DNA of 64,000 bases from Candidatus Latescibacterota bacterium (GTDB lineage Bacteria > Latescibacterota > CBDEFO01), in assembly GCA_965248755.1 (NCBI GenBank), contig OZ252149.1:3872001-3936000 (forward strand), in the 5' to 3' direction. Positions 28,441-39,049 of the stretch are shown piece by piece. Each line of letters starts with the position of its first letter. The stretch's first letter is position 1. A program made the translations under genes and the position numbers. Under the pieces are notes generated by a model. The model did not search any database, had not been told where the DNA came from, and saw nothing but the letters and a program-made list of their open reading frames with translations.

Positions 28441-29480
28441 ATGCAACAACCTACTGGAACTCTCTATCCTATCAGCGATATTTTAGAGTGGAATGTCAGT
28501 GATCAACTGGTGATTGTGCCCAAGTTTCAGCGAAGAGATGTTTGGATACCAAAGGCTAAATCATACTTGATAGATACGATCTTGCGCTCTATGCCGATTC
28601 CACCTCTCTTCATTCGGATGCAAATCGACCCCTTCGAAAGCGGACAGTCCGTGAAGTAGTTGATGGGCAACAACGTATCAGAACAGTGTTGGGCTATATT
28701 CAAGGTGAGTTCCCCATACTTAAGGCTCACAGTCCGGAATTTGCAGGAATGTATTACGCGGATCTTACAGATGAAGTGCAACGGGATTTTCTTAGCTACA
28801 ACTTCTTCGTTAACCTTTTACAGAATGTTAGTGATGAGGATGTTCTTAGCATTTTTGCCCGAATAAATACTTACACAGTTAGATTAAATGCCCAGGAACT
28901 TCGTAATGCAGAGTTCTTTGGCGTGTTCAAACAGATTGTATATAAGCTTGCCCAACAACATTACGCGTTTTGGCGGAACAACAATATTTTGTCAGATCAT
29001 CAAATCGCTCGTATGCTCGATGCTGAACTAGTATCTGAGCTCACTGTTTCAACGCTTGATAGTATTCGAGAAACCAAAGCCCAAGATCTTAAACAATTTT
29101 ACAGTCGCTACGATGATGATTTCCCTCAGTCGAACAAAGTTGTCAAGGAGTTTGAGCAAATCATAAATATAATAGGGAATATCTTCGGAGATACATTAAA
29201 ATCTTCACAATTCAAACGTATTCCTTTATTTTATAGTCTTTTCTGCGCTATATATGATGCCAAGTTTGGATTACCTGGCTCAGATCGACCGTGTCTCTCG
29301 TTTACCGCAAGTGAGAATAAGTGCATAGCCGAAAAATTACATAAGTTGGATAACATTATCACATCGAAAGAACCACCACAGGAGAATGTTCCATTCATTG
29401 ATGCCGCAAGGTCCAGTACTGCGGGTACAGGAAGGAGACAGTTACGCCACAAATTTATCTGGGATAAAATCCTTACATAA
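28441..29480 (+). pseudogene. DUF262 (ParB/Srx-like, GmrSD N-terminal) protein, frameshifted near 28633
   Basis: PKFQR..VW...LIDTI...PIP in the first frame; VVDGQQR and FARIN...LNAQELRNA in the shifted frame; SD AAGGAG. Confidence 0.85.
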
Positions 29481-29535
29481 ATTGTTGATCTGCATCGTCA
29501 AGACCTGATTCATATTGCTACGGAGTCTTCAAACT

Positions 29536-30255
29536 GTGCCAGCGATAGGAGTGCAACACTGCCTACGGCATTTTGAGCAAAGCGTCCAAGATTCTCTTAT
29601 TTTCTTACAAGAGGCGCAAAACTTTAAGATCATTCAAACTGCTGGTAGTTATCGTCATATTGGTGTCCGTAGGATCGAGTCGATTGCAGGATTGGCGTTG
29701 CTCAAAATTCATCTGGCTTGGGAAGAGTTCCTAGAAAGTGTGTTTGTCAGATACATGTGTGGAGCAACATCAGCCTCAGGTTTCGCTCCTACTTTGCTGT
29801 CATCCCCTGTCTCCACAATATCAGGAGCAATGAAAAAACTGCTACAATCGAACAGATATTTGAATTGGAATCCCCAAGACACTCTGCACCGGGCAAATTG
29901 TTACTATGACCATGGTGAACCCTTTGCAACGACTATTAGCGCAGTTATGCAAACAGGTGACGACATTGTAACTGTTCGGAACCGATTTGCTCATCGATCA
30001 GAATATGCTGCACAAAGATTTCGCGCACTAGTCTTAAAAGCATTTGGTTATGTGCCTCGAGGGATGAGCCCCGGTCGTTTCTTGTTAATTACCAGTCCTT
30101 CCTCTTATAGCTGGAGGGCAAAATTTCTTAGAGTTTTATGCAAATACCTTGCTTGGTGCAAGTCTATCAATAGTGCCCCCAAAGAAGCCTTGAGTATTCT
30201 CATTGGAGTAGCTTTCTACCGAAATTATATGTCCGATGCAGTAGACAAGAGATAA
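29536..30255 (+). CDS. HEPN-domain protein (putative RNase), possibly frameshifted near 30100
   Basis: AWEEFLE helix and RNRFAH (Rx4H) motif. An alternative frame tail AGGQNFLEFYANTLL...* ends at 30193. Confidence 0.72.
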   Translation: MPAIGVQHCLRHFEQSVQDSLIFLQEAQNFKIIQTAGSYRHIGVRRIESIAGLALLKIHLAWEEFLESVFVRYMCGATSASGFAPTLLSSPVSTISGAMKKLLQSNRYLNWNPQDTLHRANCYYDHGEPFATTISAVMQTGDDIVTVRNRFAHRSEYAAQRFRALVLKAFGYVPRGMSPGRFLLITSPSSYSWRAKFLRVLCKYLAWCKSINSAPKEALSILIGVAFYRNYMSDAVDKR

Positions 30256-30303
30256 TAAGCTTTTGATTGTTTCCCTCCATAAGGACAATACAAAACAAGA
30301 CCC

Positions 30304-31425
30304 ATGAAAGTCTGCTTTACCACATTCGACGACATAGAAAATGACGGACGCGTCAACAGGGAGCTTTCGACTCTCAAGGGCTTAGACTACGATATGCATG
30401 TAATATGTGGAAGCGCTGTAAACTATAATAGTCAGCCTGAATCTCCCAGGGATATAGCGGTGGAGAGGGTCTATCTGGGTGCTAAGAGAGCGGGGAAGCT
30501 AAGATTTTTGAAGTTCTACTTAAAGACCCCCTTTAAAGCCATCAGAGCCAAAGCGGACATCTATCACGCGCAGGAGCTGTACAGTTTGCCCGTAGCATGG
30601 ATCGGGGCGATCTTCAACAATGCTCTGTTGATCTATGACTCTCACGAGTATTATCCCGGCATGCAGTCTCTGGTCGCAAGACCCTTTGAACGCTCTGTGT
30701 GGTCTGTTGTTGAGAGGATATTCATCAAGCGAGCAAAAAGGGTCATAACCGTCTCCGACGCCATATCCGAAAAACTGAGCAAAAGATACAGAATCCCTCC
30801 GCCTGTAGTGATCAGAAACTGTCACGAGAAAAAGGACGTAAAGAGGACTAATCTCCTAAGAGAAAGATTTTCCATAGACGAGGATCACAAGATACTCCTC
30901 TATCAGGGAATTATGTCCCGTGGGCGCGGCCTCTTTACCGTGCTCCAGAGCCTAAAACGTCTTCCACAATGCGCCTTCGTAGCCTTGGGCGATGGTCCAC
31001 TTCTCAAGCAATTGGAGGAATACTCTCAACAACACGGACTATCGGACAGGACATTCTTCCCCGGCTGCGTCCCGGGGGAAGAACTCATGGACTACACTGT
31101 CTCAGCCGACATAGGACTCTGCATAATCGAAAATGTGAGCTTTAGCTACCATAACTCACTGCCCAACAAACTATTCGAATACATGATGGCGGGGATACCC
31201 ACGGTCGCAAGCGATTTCCCAGAAATAGGGAAAATAGTGAAAGGGGAGGGGACAGGGCTTGTGGTAGATCCTGATGATCCTGAGGACGTAGCAAAAGCGG
31301 TAGCTCGACTCCTTGAGGATAGGCTCCTTTACGACGAACTTTCCGCCAATGCGCTCTTGTCCTCGAAGAGACACAACTGGGAAGAAGAATCTAAGAAGCT
31401 TGCACAGCTTTACAGAGCTATCTGA
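30304..31425 (+). CDS. Glycosyltransferase family 4
   Basis: DGRV, IYDSHE, SLPNKLFEYMMAGIP. Confidence 0.92.
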   Translation: MKVCFTTFDDIENDGRVNRELSTLKGLDYDMHVICGSAVNYNSQPESPRDIAVERVYLGAKRAGKLRFLKFYLKTPFKAIRAKADIYHAQELYSLPVAWIGAIFNNALLIYDSHEYYPGMQSLVARPFERSVWSVVERIFIKRAKRVITVSDAISEKLSKRYRIPPPVVIRNCHEKKDVKRTNLLRERFSIDEDHKILLYQGIMSRGRGLFTVLQSLKRLPQCAFVALGDGPLLKQLEEYSQQHGLSDRTFFPGCVPGEELMDYTVSADIGLCIIENVSFSYHNSLPNKLFEYMMAGIPTVASDFPEIGKIVKGEGTGLVVDPDDPEDVAKAVARLLEDRLLYDELSANALLSSKRHNWEEESKKLAQLYRAI

Positions 31426-31434
31426 GGTAAATGT

Positions 31435-32733
31435 ATGAAAAGGGTACTCGTCGTAAGCTACTACTTTCCCCCGATGGGGCTTTCAGGAGTCCAAAGGACC
31501 CAGAAGTTCGTAAAATATCTGTCCCAATTCGGATGGCTCCCCACAGTCCTGACCATATCCCGGGCAGAGTACTTAGCCTTTGACCCGTCTCTTTTGGACG
31601 AATTGCCCGAACAAGTGGAGATTTTGAGGACTGCTTCAGCAGATGTCCTAAGCTTGATGAGTCTGCTAACTAATAATAGACAAGATAAGCAGGAAGGAAT
31701 CGGAGTTGTTCCATCAGAAAGAGTTAGAGGTCTCTTTCACAGTCTGAGCCAGTTTTTCTTCATACCCGACAACAAGATAGGGTGGCTCCCATTTGCGCTA
31801 TCGAAGGGAAACCGACTCCTTTTCAACGAGCACTTTGATCTCATCTACTCATCGGCTCCGCCTTACACTTGTCACCTTATAGCGTGCGCATTGAGATCCC
31901 TTCGAGGGGTCCCTTTAGTCCTGGATTTCAGGGACGACTGGACGCAGAATCAGTTTATCGTCTATCCCACTTTTGTCCATAAGATTGCAAACAGCATGCT
32001 CGAAAGAGAGGTCCTCCAGAGAGCCAGCGCCATAATTTCGACCAACGAGCTGATGTCCTCTAACCTCCAAAGGAGACATCCCCTTATAAAATCCGAAAGA
32101 TTCAAGGTCATAAGCCACGGCTTCGACCCTGATGACTTTGAAAGGGCTGACAATATCGAAAAAAAGTGTGACAAATTTACCATCACCTACACAGGCAGTT
32201 TCTACGAGCGGATCACGCCACTGTATTTCCTTTTAGCCCTCAGAGAGATCCTGGACGAAAATCCTCATTTTGCCGACAAGATTAAGGCACTCTTTGTCGG
32301 GATGTTCAGAAAGGAGAACGAAACATTAGTCCAAAAGCTGAAGCTCCAGGATATAGTAGAAGTAATCCCTTACGTCAAGCACAGAGAAAGCGTAAATTTC
32401 CTTGTGGAGTCAGATCTTCTGTGGATGATGGTGGGGAGAGGTAAACTAAGCGAGACCATATCTGCAGGCAAGCTCTACGAATACATAGGTTCCCGAAAGC
32501 CTATACTCGCCTGCGTCCCCAGAGGAGGAGTTGATGCTCGGGTCGTCCGCTCCACAGGCAACGGCACGGTGGTCCCTCCCGATGACGTACAGGCTATTAA
32601 AGGAGCCCTGCTTTCATACTATAGCAAGTATGCAGACGGACAACTTAGGCGTACTCCCGTTCATATAGTAGAGAAGTATGATAGGAAAAGGCTAACGGAA
32701 GAATTAGCCAGAATATTCGACAGCTGCATTTAA
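31435..32733 (+). CDS. Glycosyltransferase family 4
   Basis: YYFPP..GVQR, DFRDDW, HGFD, GKLYEY. Confidence 0.92.
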   Translation: MKRVLVVSYYFPPMGLSGVQRTQKFVKYLSQFGWLPTVLTISRAEYLAFDPSLLDELPEQVEILRTASADVLSLMSLLTNNRQDKQEGIGVVPSERVRGLFHSLSQFFFIPDNKIGWLPFALSKGNRLLFNEHFDLIYSSAPPYTCHLIACALRSLRGVPLVLDFRDDWTQNQFIVYPTFVHKIANSMLEREVLQRASAIISTNELMSSNLQRRHPLIKSERFKVISHGFDPDDFERADNIEKKCDKFTITYTGSFYERITPLYFLLALREILDENPHFADKIKALFVGMFRKENETLVQKLKLQDIVEVIPYVKHRESVNFLVESDLLWMMVGRGKLSETISAGKLYEYIGSRKPILACVPRGGVDARVVRSTGNGTVVPPDDVQAIKGALLSYYSKYADGQLRRTPVHIVEKYDRKRLTEELARIFDSCI

Positions 32734-32889
32734 CTATCAACCGAGTAGACAGTAGGTAAGGAAAACGGTAGGCGCAGACAAGCGTGTCTGCTCTGAAAAT
32801 ACCACAAATCGGGCGAACCACTTCGTGGCTTGTTGCCACATCTTCCTGTTCAATACCCCATAGGTTCGCCACCACATAGGAGGGATTCC

Positions 32890-33855
32890 ATGAAGATTTT
32901 CTTTCTACTGTTGTCTGCGGCAATGTTAGTTAGCTGTGCTGGCAAAAAGCCCGGGGCAACGGCTGTCAGCCAGAATATCTCCGTCCAGCTTAAATATATA
33001 ATGCAGTTTGGATCTCCCGGAGGCGGGGTCGGATCCTTCGTAGATGCACGGGGCATATCTGTGGACAAATCCGGCAACGTCTACGTTGCTGACACTGGAA
33101 ACAACAGGGTCCAGAAGTTCGGCCCACAGGGAAAGCCTCTCAAACAGATGGGGGGCTTCGGAGGGGAGGAGGAAGGACTTCGGGAGCCAACAGACGTATG
33201 GGCAAGGACCAGCCTGGAGATATACGTAGTGGACTCCCAGAACAGAAGGATACAACAATACGACAGGTATTTAAGCACTATAGGGACGATTCAATTTCTC
33301 TCTGGTAACGGTCAGGGTGCACCGGCATTTAGCCTCCCTACGGGTGTCGCTGTCTCAAGACACGGCGAAATCTATCTCACAGATCGAAACAACGGCGTGG
33401 TCTATAGAATCGACTCGTTCGGGAAGGTAGAACGTAGTTTCGGAGGATTTGGGTACGGAATCGGCGAACTTAGTGGACCCACAGGCGTCGCTGTGGACAG
33501 GGATGGGAACGTTTACGTCTGTGACACGGACAACGACAGGATCGTAAAATTCGACTCGTTCGGCTCATTTGATCGATCTATAGGCAAAGGTGAGCTTTTC
33601 AGACCCCACGGTATAGACATCAGTCTTGACAAATTGATATTCATCGCCGACACGGATAACCACAGGATAGTTGTCTTTAACCGCAAAGGGAAAGTAGTTA
33701 CAACTTTCGGTGCGCGCGGGGATGGACCTGCATCGTTCGAGCGTCCTTTCGACCTGACATTAAGTGGACAGGACATTCTCTATGTGATGGACACCGGGAA
33801 CGGAAGGGTTCAGAAGTTGGAAATCCAAAGGAAGACTTTACATCCTGTGCAGTAG
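32890..33855 (+). CDS. NHL-repeat beta-propeller lipoprotein
   Basis: Lipobox LVSC; repeated P.GVAVD..GNVYVADTGNNRVQKF. Confidence 0.9.
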   Translation: MKIFFLLLSAAMLVSCAGKKPGATAVSQNISVQLKYIMQFGSPGGGVGSFVDARGISVDKSGNVYVADTGNNRVQKFGPQGKPLKQMGGFGGEEEGLREPTDVWARTSLEIYVVDSQNRRIQQYDRYLSTIGTIQFLSGNGQGAPAFSLPTGVAVSRHGEIYLTDRNNGVVYRIDSFGKVERSFGGFGYGIGELSGPTGVAVDRDGNVYVCDTDNDRIVKFDSFGSFDRSIGKGELFRPHGIDISLDKLIFIADTDNHRIVVFNRKGKVVTTFGARGDGPASFERPFDLTLSGQDILYVMDTGNGRVQKLEIQRKTLHPVQ

Positions 33856-34017
33856 AGAGGGAAAGTCAAAGGTTGTATGGGCGAACCCATGTGGCATTGG
33901 AGGGGGAGATGTGGCAACAAACCACGCAGTGGGTAGAGCGGATGAGGAGTCGGCAACAAACCACGCAGTGGTTCGCCCAAGTTTAAAGGGCAGACAGACG
34001 GGTCTGCCCTTGCCTGT

Positions 34018-35895
34018 CTAACTACTCTCCGCCATCCACTTTTCGTAGAAGTCGTCGATTTGAGCCTTGAGTCGTTCGAGTTGTTTTACTGCACGGCGAC
34101 CTTCGCGATGGTCGCGGCGTGCAAATGCGTCTGCAACACGCCGCTCAAGTTCGACTTTCTGTTGCTCAGTTTCCTCGATGTGCTGTTCTAAAGCGACCGA
34201 TGCCTTTCCGTGTGTTTTCTTCAGCTTTGGCCGTTCGCGATGTTTCCGTCGCTTCGCGATGCGACCAACAGCCCGAGGCGTGGATTCCATTCGCGCATAC
34301 CAGAAATCGGTGAAGTTTCCAGGATACGAAACCAACTGCCGATCTTGCACTTCGACAACCCGGTTAACAATCTTGTCAACGAAGTAACGGTCGTGGGAGA
34401 CTACAAGAATCGTGCCTTCGAAGCTGTCCAGCGCGTCTTCGACAGCCTCCCGCGCTGGGATGTCGAGGTGATTGGTCGGTTCGTCGAGAATGAGGAAATT
34501 TGCCCTCAATACCATCAGTCGGGCCAATTGCAGACGGTTGCGCTCCCCACCGGATAAATCGTTCACTTTCTTCCGCAAGTCGTCCCCTCTAAACAGGAAT
34601 CGTGCTAATACGCCGGAGGCATCCCTGCGGCTCATAGGAGCCGCAGCCATCATCTCATCGAAGATCGTCCGATCGCCTCGGAGTACCTCCTGTTCCTGGG
34701 AACCGTAGCCCACACGCAGACTCGGTCCGATGCGAATCACCTGGCTATCCCACGCCCCGTACTCTACTATGTCGCGCAGCAATGTCGTCTTGCCATGGCC
34801 GTTGGGTGCGACCAATGCCACTCGCTCACCGCAGGCGATGTCGAGGTTCGCATTCTCGAAAAGTTTCAGGTCTCCAAAGGCCTTGCTGTAGCCGCGAATC
34901 TGCAGCGCGATGTTCGCCCGAGTCGCCTCCGTCTTGAAGTCTGCCCGTATTGTTGATTCTCCTAAAATTGGCTGTTCGACAGCTTGCTTCTTCTCTCGCT
35001 CCAGTTGCGAGCGCTTTGCTCGGAGACGTTTGCCCCACTTTGGATCTGGCCGAGATCGTGCGATCTGCTGGAACCTCTTCACTAGTTCTTCGAGCTGGGC
35101 GAGACGCTTCTGATTGGCGATGTAGTCCGACTGCTGTGCGATCAGTTTGCGCAGCCTCGTCGCTCGGTAAGTCGAATAGACTCCGTCGTAGTAACTGACC
35201 CGTCCGCCTTCGAGGTGCAAGATGCCGTGAACCGCGCGGTCGAGCAGGTAGCGGTTGTGGGAGACAACCAACACGGCACCCTTGAATCGGATCAAGAAAT
35301 CTTCCAGCCACGCGATGCCCAAGTAGTCGAGGTGATTCGCTGGCTCATCGAGCACCAGCAGGTCCGGCTCGGTCAACAGAGCCGGGACCAGCGAGAGCAC
35401 GTTCTTCTCGCCGCCTGAAAGAGACCCAATCTTCTGCTCTCCTCTTCCTGCGAGTCCCAGAGCATCGACCATTGCCCTTGCCTGCTGGGGGAAATGGTCG
35501 CCGTCGATGCGGTCGTAGTTGTCAAGTGCCTGTTCGTAAGCCCGCAAAGTCCTGTCCATCTGTCCTTCCGAGGCCCGGGCGAGTCGCTCCTCTTGCTCCC
35601 GTAGCGCTGATGTTAGGCGTCGATGTTCAGCTAGGATGTAGCCCAAAACCGTGTCGTTCTCGTCGTAGTCAACATACTGCGGCACGTATCCGACCCTCAC
35701 ACCCTTTGCCAGAATGGCAGTGCCTTCGGATGGCCTCTCTTGACCGAGAAGGATGCGCAGAATGGTCGTCTTGCCCGATCCGTTGGGGCCGATCAGCCCC
35801 AACTTCTGGCCGGAGCTAATCTGGAACGATACGCTCTTTAAGACGGCCTGGACGACATAGCGTTTAGTAATGTTCTGAAGGCTTGCCAACAACAT
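34018..35895 (-). CDS. ABC-F family ribosome-associated ATPase
   Basis: Two NBDs (GPNGSGKT, LSGGE, LDEP, VSHNRY; APNGHGKT, LDEPTNHLD), no TM segments, coiled-coil C-terminus. Confidence 0.93.
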   Translation of the reverse strand: MLLASLQNITKRYVVQAVLKSVSFQISSGQKLGLIGPNGSGKTTILRILLGQERPSEGTAILAKGVRVGYVPQYVDYDENDTVLGYILAEHRRLTSALREQEERLARASEGQMDRTLRAYEQALDNYDRIDGDHFPQQARAMVDALGLAGRGEQKIGSLSGGEKNVLSLVPALLTEPDLLVLDEPANHLDYLGIAWLEDFLIRFKGAVLVVSHNRYLLDRAVHGILHLEGGRVSYYDGVYSTYRATRLRKLIAQQSDYIANQKRLAQLEELVKRFQQIARSRPDPKWGKRLRAKRSQLEREKKQAVEQPILGESTIRADFKTEATRANIALQIRGYSKAFGDLKLFENANLDIACGERVALVAPNGHGKTTLLRDIVEYGAWDSQVIRIGPSLRVGYGSQEQEVLRGDRTIFDEMMAAAPMSRRDASGVLARFLFRGDDLRKKVNDLSGGERNRLQLARLMVLRANFLILDEPTNHLDIPAREAVEDALDSFEGTILVVSHDRYFVDKIVNRVVEVQDRQLVSYPGNFTDFWYARMESTPRAVGRIAKRRKHRERPKLKKTHGKASVALEQHIEETEQQKVELERRVADAFARRDHREGRRAVKQLERLKAQIDDFYEKWMAESS

Positions 35896-36047
35896 GATTC
35901 AAATCTCCAACATTCGAATTATAGCTCGCTTCTTTCGCCTTATGTTCGCATTTAAATAAGCGGACAGGGAAAGGCAAAGGCTGCAGGGGTTTTCCCCTGT
36001 GGCAGTGGAGGGGAAGAGGTAACCCTGTTCCTACTGTCTACCGAAGT

Positions 36048-36629
36048 TCACAGTATCGTCTCCACGAAGCCTATGCTTTGGGGGTCCAGCTTGGTGTAGT
36101 CCGGGATCTCGAAGCGGTCGCCGTCCACATCGATCAGTAAAAGACGGTGGTCGCCGAGCCAAAGGGCGCTATCTTGTGTCCCAGTGATCACGAATTCTCG
36201 TCTGCCTCGGTCGGTCTCCACCTCCCAGTAGGAGGTGCCGAACTCGCTCCTGATTGAGTTGATTCTGTAGACAGTGCTCGTCAGGTAGCGCTTCTCCAGT
36301 TCGTCCTGGATGATCTGATAGGACTCCTGGTCCAGTTCCGAAGGATCAGAGATCATACATATCTCCTGCTCCTTGATGTCCAGGATGGAGATGTGAGTGT
36401 CTGGCCGTGAGAGGGGCGATGCCAGGACTACTTTGACCCTGATGTACGTGCGGTCCTTCTCCAGCGTCATACACAGATCCCAGGCGGGTTGACGGAGGAG
36501 TCGGATCCTCTGAGGATCTACAGGCTTTCTGGGTCCTTCCTCCACACCGGGTTGGATGACTGTCTTTGCAATTTTGTCTTCTGGCATTCTTGGGTTCTTT
36601 TGATATGATAAGTTGCCTTTTGGGGGCAT
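36048..36629 (-). CDS. DUF1854 domain protein
   Basis: PLS.P...ISI, WEVETDRG, LIDVDGDRFEIPD...LD..S. Confidence 0.82.
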   Translation of the reverse strand: MPPKGNLSYQKNPRMPEDKIAKTVIQPGVEEGPRKPVDPQRIRLLRQPAWDLCMTLEKDRTYIRVKVVLASPLSRPDTHISILDIKEQEICMISDPSELDQESYQIIQDELEKRYLTSTVYRINSIRSEFGTSYWEVETDRGRREFVITGTQDSALWLGDHRLLLIDVDGDRFEIPDYTKLDPQSIGFVETIL

Positions 36630-36647
36630 GGGCAGGAGGTGTCCTGA

Positions 36648-38897
36648 CTACTGAGTTCTCTCTCCCGTCTGCTTGTTCGGATCGTCCTTGCCGCCGCCGA
36701 CGGCTATGACTGCTGACGTTTCCTGCTGGGTCTTTATCATCCGATAAAAGATGCCCTCCTGAGCTATCAGTTCCTCGTGGCTTCCCACTTCCACCGCCTT
36801 TCCATCTTCCAATACGACCAATCTATCTGCATATCTTAAGGTGCTTAACCTGTGAGCAATGGCAAATGTGGTCCTGCCTTCTACCAACCGCCTGACAGCC
36901 TGCTGTACCTGCTTCTCCGTCTCCGTGTCCACTGATGATGTAGCCTCATCCAATATCAATATACGGGGATCGTGCAATATCGCACGGGCGATGGAAATTC
37001 GCTGTTTTTCTCCACCTGAGAGTCTGCCTCCCCGTTCTCCCACCTGTGTGTCGTATCCGTCGGGCTTTGCCACTATGAAGTCGTGTGCGTTGGCGGCTCT
37101 CGCGGCCTGGACTATCTCCTCAAAAGTCGCTTGTGGCCTGCTATAAGAGATATTCTCCGAAATTGTTCCGCTGAAGAGAAACGGTTCCTGAAGCACCATA
37201 CCGATATGTTTTCTTAAATCCTCTAACTTTATGTCTTTGACGTCCACTCCGTCTATCTTCAGCGAGCCACCGTCCACGTCGTAGAATCGGCAGATCAGGT
37301 TGATCATGGTGGTCTTTCCCACACCTGATTTTCCCACCAGTCCTATCATCTCTCCCGGTTCTACGTTCAGGTCGATCTCCTTGAGCACCGGCTTGCTCTT
37401 GACGTACCCGAACGACGCCCTCTCAAATGTGATCCGACCTTCGATATTCGGCATCGGGCGGGCGTTCGGATCGTTGTACGGTTCGGGTTTCGAGTCGATA
37501 ATCTCAAAGACCCGCTCAGCGCCGGAGAAGGCGTTTGTCATCCAACTGTTCAGCTCCCCGAACCACTGAAGGGGATCGTATAGCATCCACAGATAACTGA
37601 TAAAGGCGACGAGGCTCCCCAATTGGAACTTCTCATCTATGATGTCCATTCCTCCCACGTACCAGACTAAAAGGAGCCCGGTGCCGGTGCAGAAGTTCAT
37701 AGTGGCGAAGAAGAGCACCCACACTCGTTCTATGATCACATCAATGTTGAAGAAACTATCGTTCCGATTGTGAAATCTTCTCAGTTCTCTGGGTTCCTGT
37801 GCGAAGGCTTTGACCACGCGGATGCCCGAGAGCGTCTCCTGAACGTGCGCTGTAAACTTTGCCCGGCGGATCCAGGCCTTGCGGAAGTACTTCAGGAGCC
37901 GTCTCCAGAAGAACCAGCCTCCGAAGATCAGGCAGGGGACTGGCAGAAGCACATATAGGGTCAGATGCCAGCTCATGTAGAACAGAAAGATCAGGATCCC
38001 GACCATCATCAAGGTGTTGTTTACGATGTAGGGGAGTCCGTTAATCAGGAACTCCTCCATGCTCTCCGTGTCGTTGGTGACCCGGGACATCAGGGATCCC
38101 ACCTGCTTTTTGTCGTAGAACCTCAGGGACATCCTTTGGAGCTGTCGGTATAGGCGTCCCCGGATGTCCACTGTCATTCGCCCGCCCAACCACACGGACA
38201 GCGACCAGTGCAGGATCTCTGTGATCCAGGTGAGCACTTTCAGACCCAAAAGTGCCAGTACAAGGTAGATCAACAGCGAAAAACTCCCGCGCGGCACCAG
38301 GACATCGTCGATGATCCTCTTGACCAAAAGCGGGGGGGCCAGTCCGATTACGGTCATAAGGAGGCTGACCAGCACCATAGCGGCGGCCTGCACTTTGTAC
38401 GGTGCCAGGTACCCGGATATGCGGCGCAGGGTTGCTATTTTACCGATACATGCGGGACATATTCCGTCGCGCTCTGGAAGGAGGCGTCCGCAACGCTCGC
38501 AGCGGGTTCGCTCCTGCTCAGTCGAGATGGAAAGCTCCTCCCCCTTTGCCAACTGCTGAATGCCCCGGGCTACCTCGGCGAATTTATCGGCGTACGCGCT
38601 GGAGTAGTAGAGAAAGTCCGTGGTATGGCCATTCTGGCTTATCTGTAAACATCCGCCGCCGATAAGGGCGTCTATCTTTGCTGAGCTGATGTCCTCAAGT
38701 GGGATCTGGGCTATTCCGTCGGTTCCATCGAAAGAAAACCTGAGCACTCGCCGCTCGGTCACTATCAGCCAGACAGATGCATACGTTCTGTCCTCCGCCA
38801 CGTCTGTCTCCACGCTGATGCGGACCCGTTCCCCGTCACTCATAACCTCTTTGAATTTCTGCTCGATGCTCTCGGGCATCGGTTCCATGAAAGTCAT
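36648..38897 (-). CDS. ABC exporter (TMD+NBD) with N-terminal extension and CxxC...CxxC
   Basis: GKSGVGKT, LSGGEKQR, LDEATS, IAHRLST; hydrophobic TM region. Confidence 0.93.
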   Translation of the reverse strand: MTFMEPMPESIEQKFKEVMSDGERVRISVETDVAEDRTYASVWLIVTERRVLRFSFDGTDGIAQIPLEDISSAKIDALIGGGCLQISQNGHTTDFLYYSSAYADKFAEVARGIQQLAKGEELSISTEQERTRCERCGRLLPERDGICPACIGKIATLRRISGYLAPYKVQAAAMVLVSLLMTVIGLAPPLLVKRIIDDVLVPRGSFSLLIYLVLALLGLKVLTWITEILHWSLSVWLGGRMTVDIRGRLYRQLQRMSLRFYDKKQVGSLMSRVTNDTESMEEFLINGLPYIVNNTLMMVGILIFLFYMSWHLTLYVLLPVPCLIFGGWFFWRRLLKYFRKAWIRRAKFTAHVQETLSGIRVVKAFAQEPRELRRFHNRNDSFFNIDVIIERVWVLFFATMNFCTGTGLLLVWYVGGMDIIDEKFQLGSLVAFISYLWMLYDPLQWFGELNSWMTNAFSGAERVFEIIDSKPEPYNDPNARPMPNIEGRITFERASFGYVKSKPVLKEIDLNVEPGEMIGLVGKSGVGKTTMINLICRFYDVDGGSLKIDGVDVKDIKLEDLRKHIGMVLQEPFLFSGTISENISYSRPQATFEEIVQAARAANAHDFIVAKPDGYDTQVGERGGRLSGGEKQRISIARAILHDPRILILDEATSSVDTETEKQVQQAVRRLVEGRTTFAIAHRLSTLRYADRLVVLEDGKAVEVGSHEELIAQEGIFYRMIKTQQETSAVIAVGGGKDDPNKQTGERTQ

Positions 38898-39049
38898 CTT
38901 CTATTTCCTAAAATTAGCAGACAGTAGACAGGGACATCTCCTCCGCTCCCTTGAGATTGTCCCCGATTGAGCCCCCGATAGATTCAATCGGGGGTCAGGG
39001 GGAAGCAATCTCACTTAGACTGTCTTTCCCTGTTTGCTGTCTACTTTTC

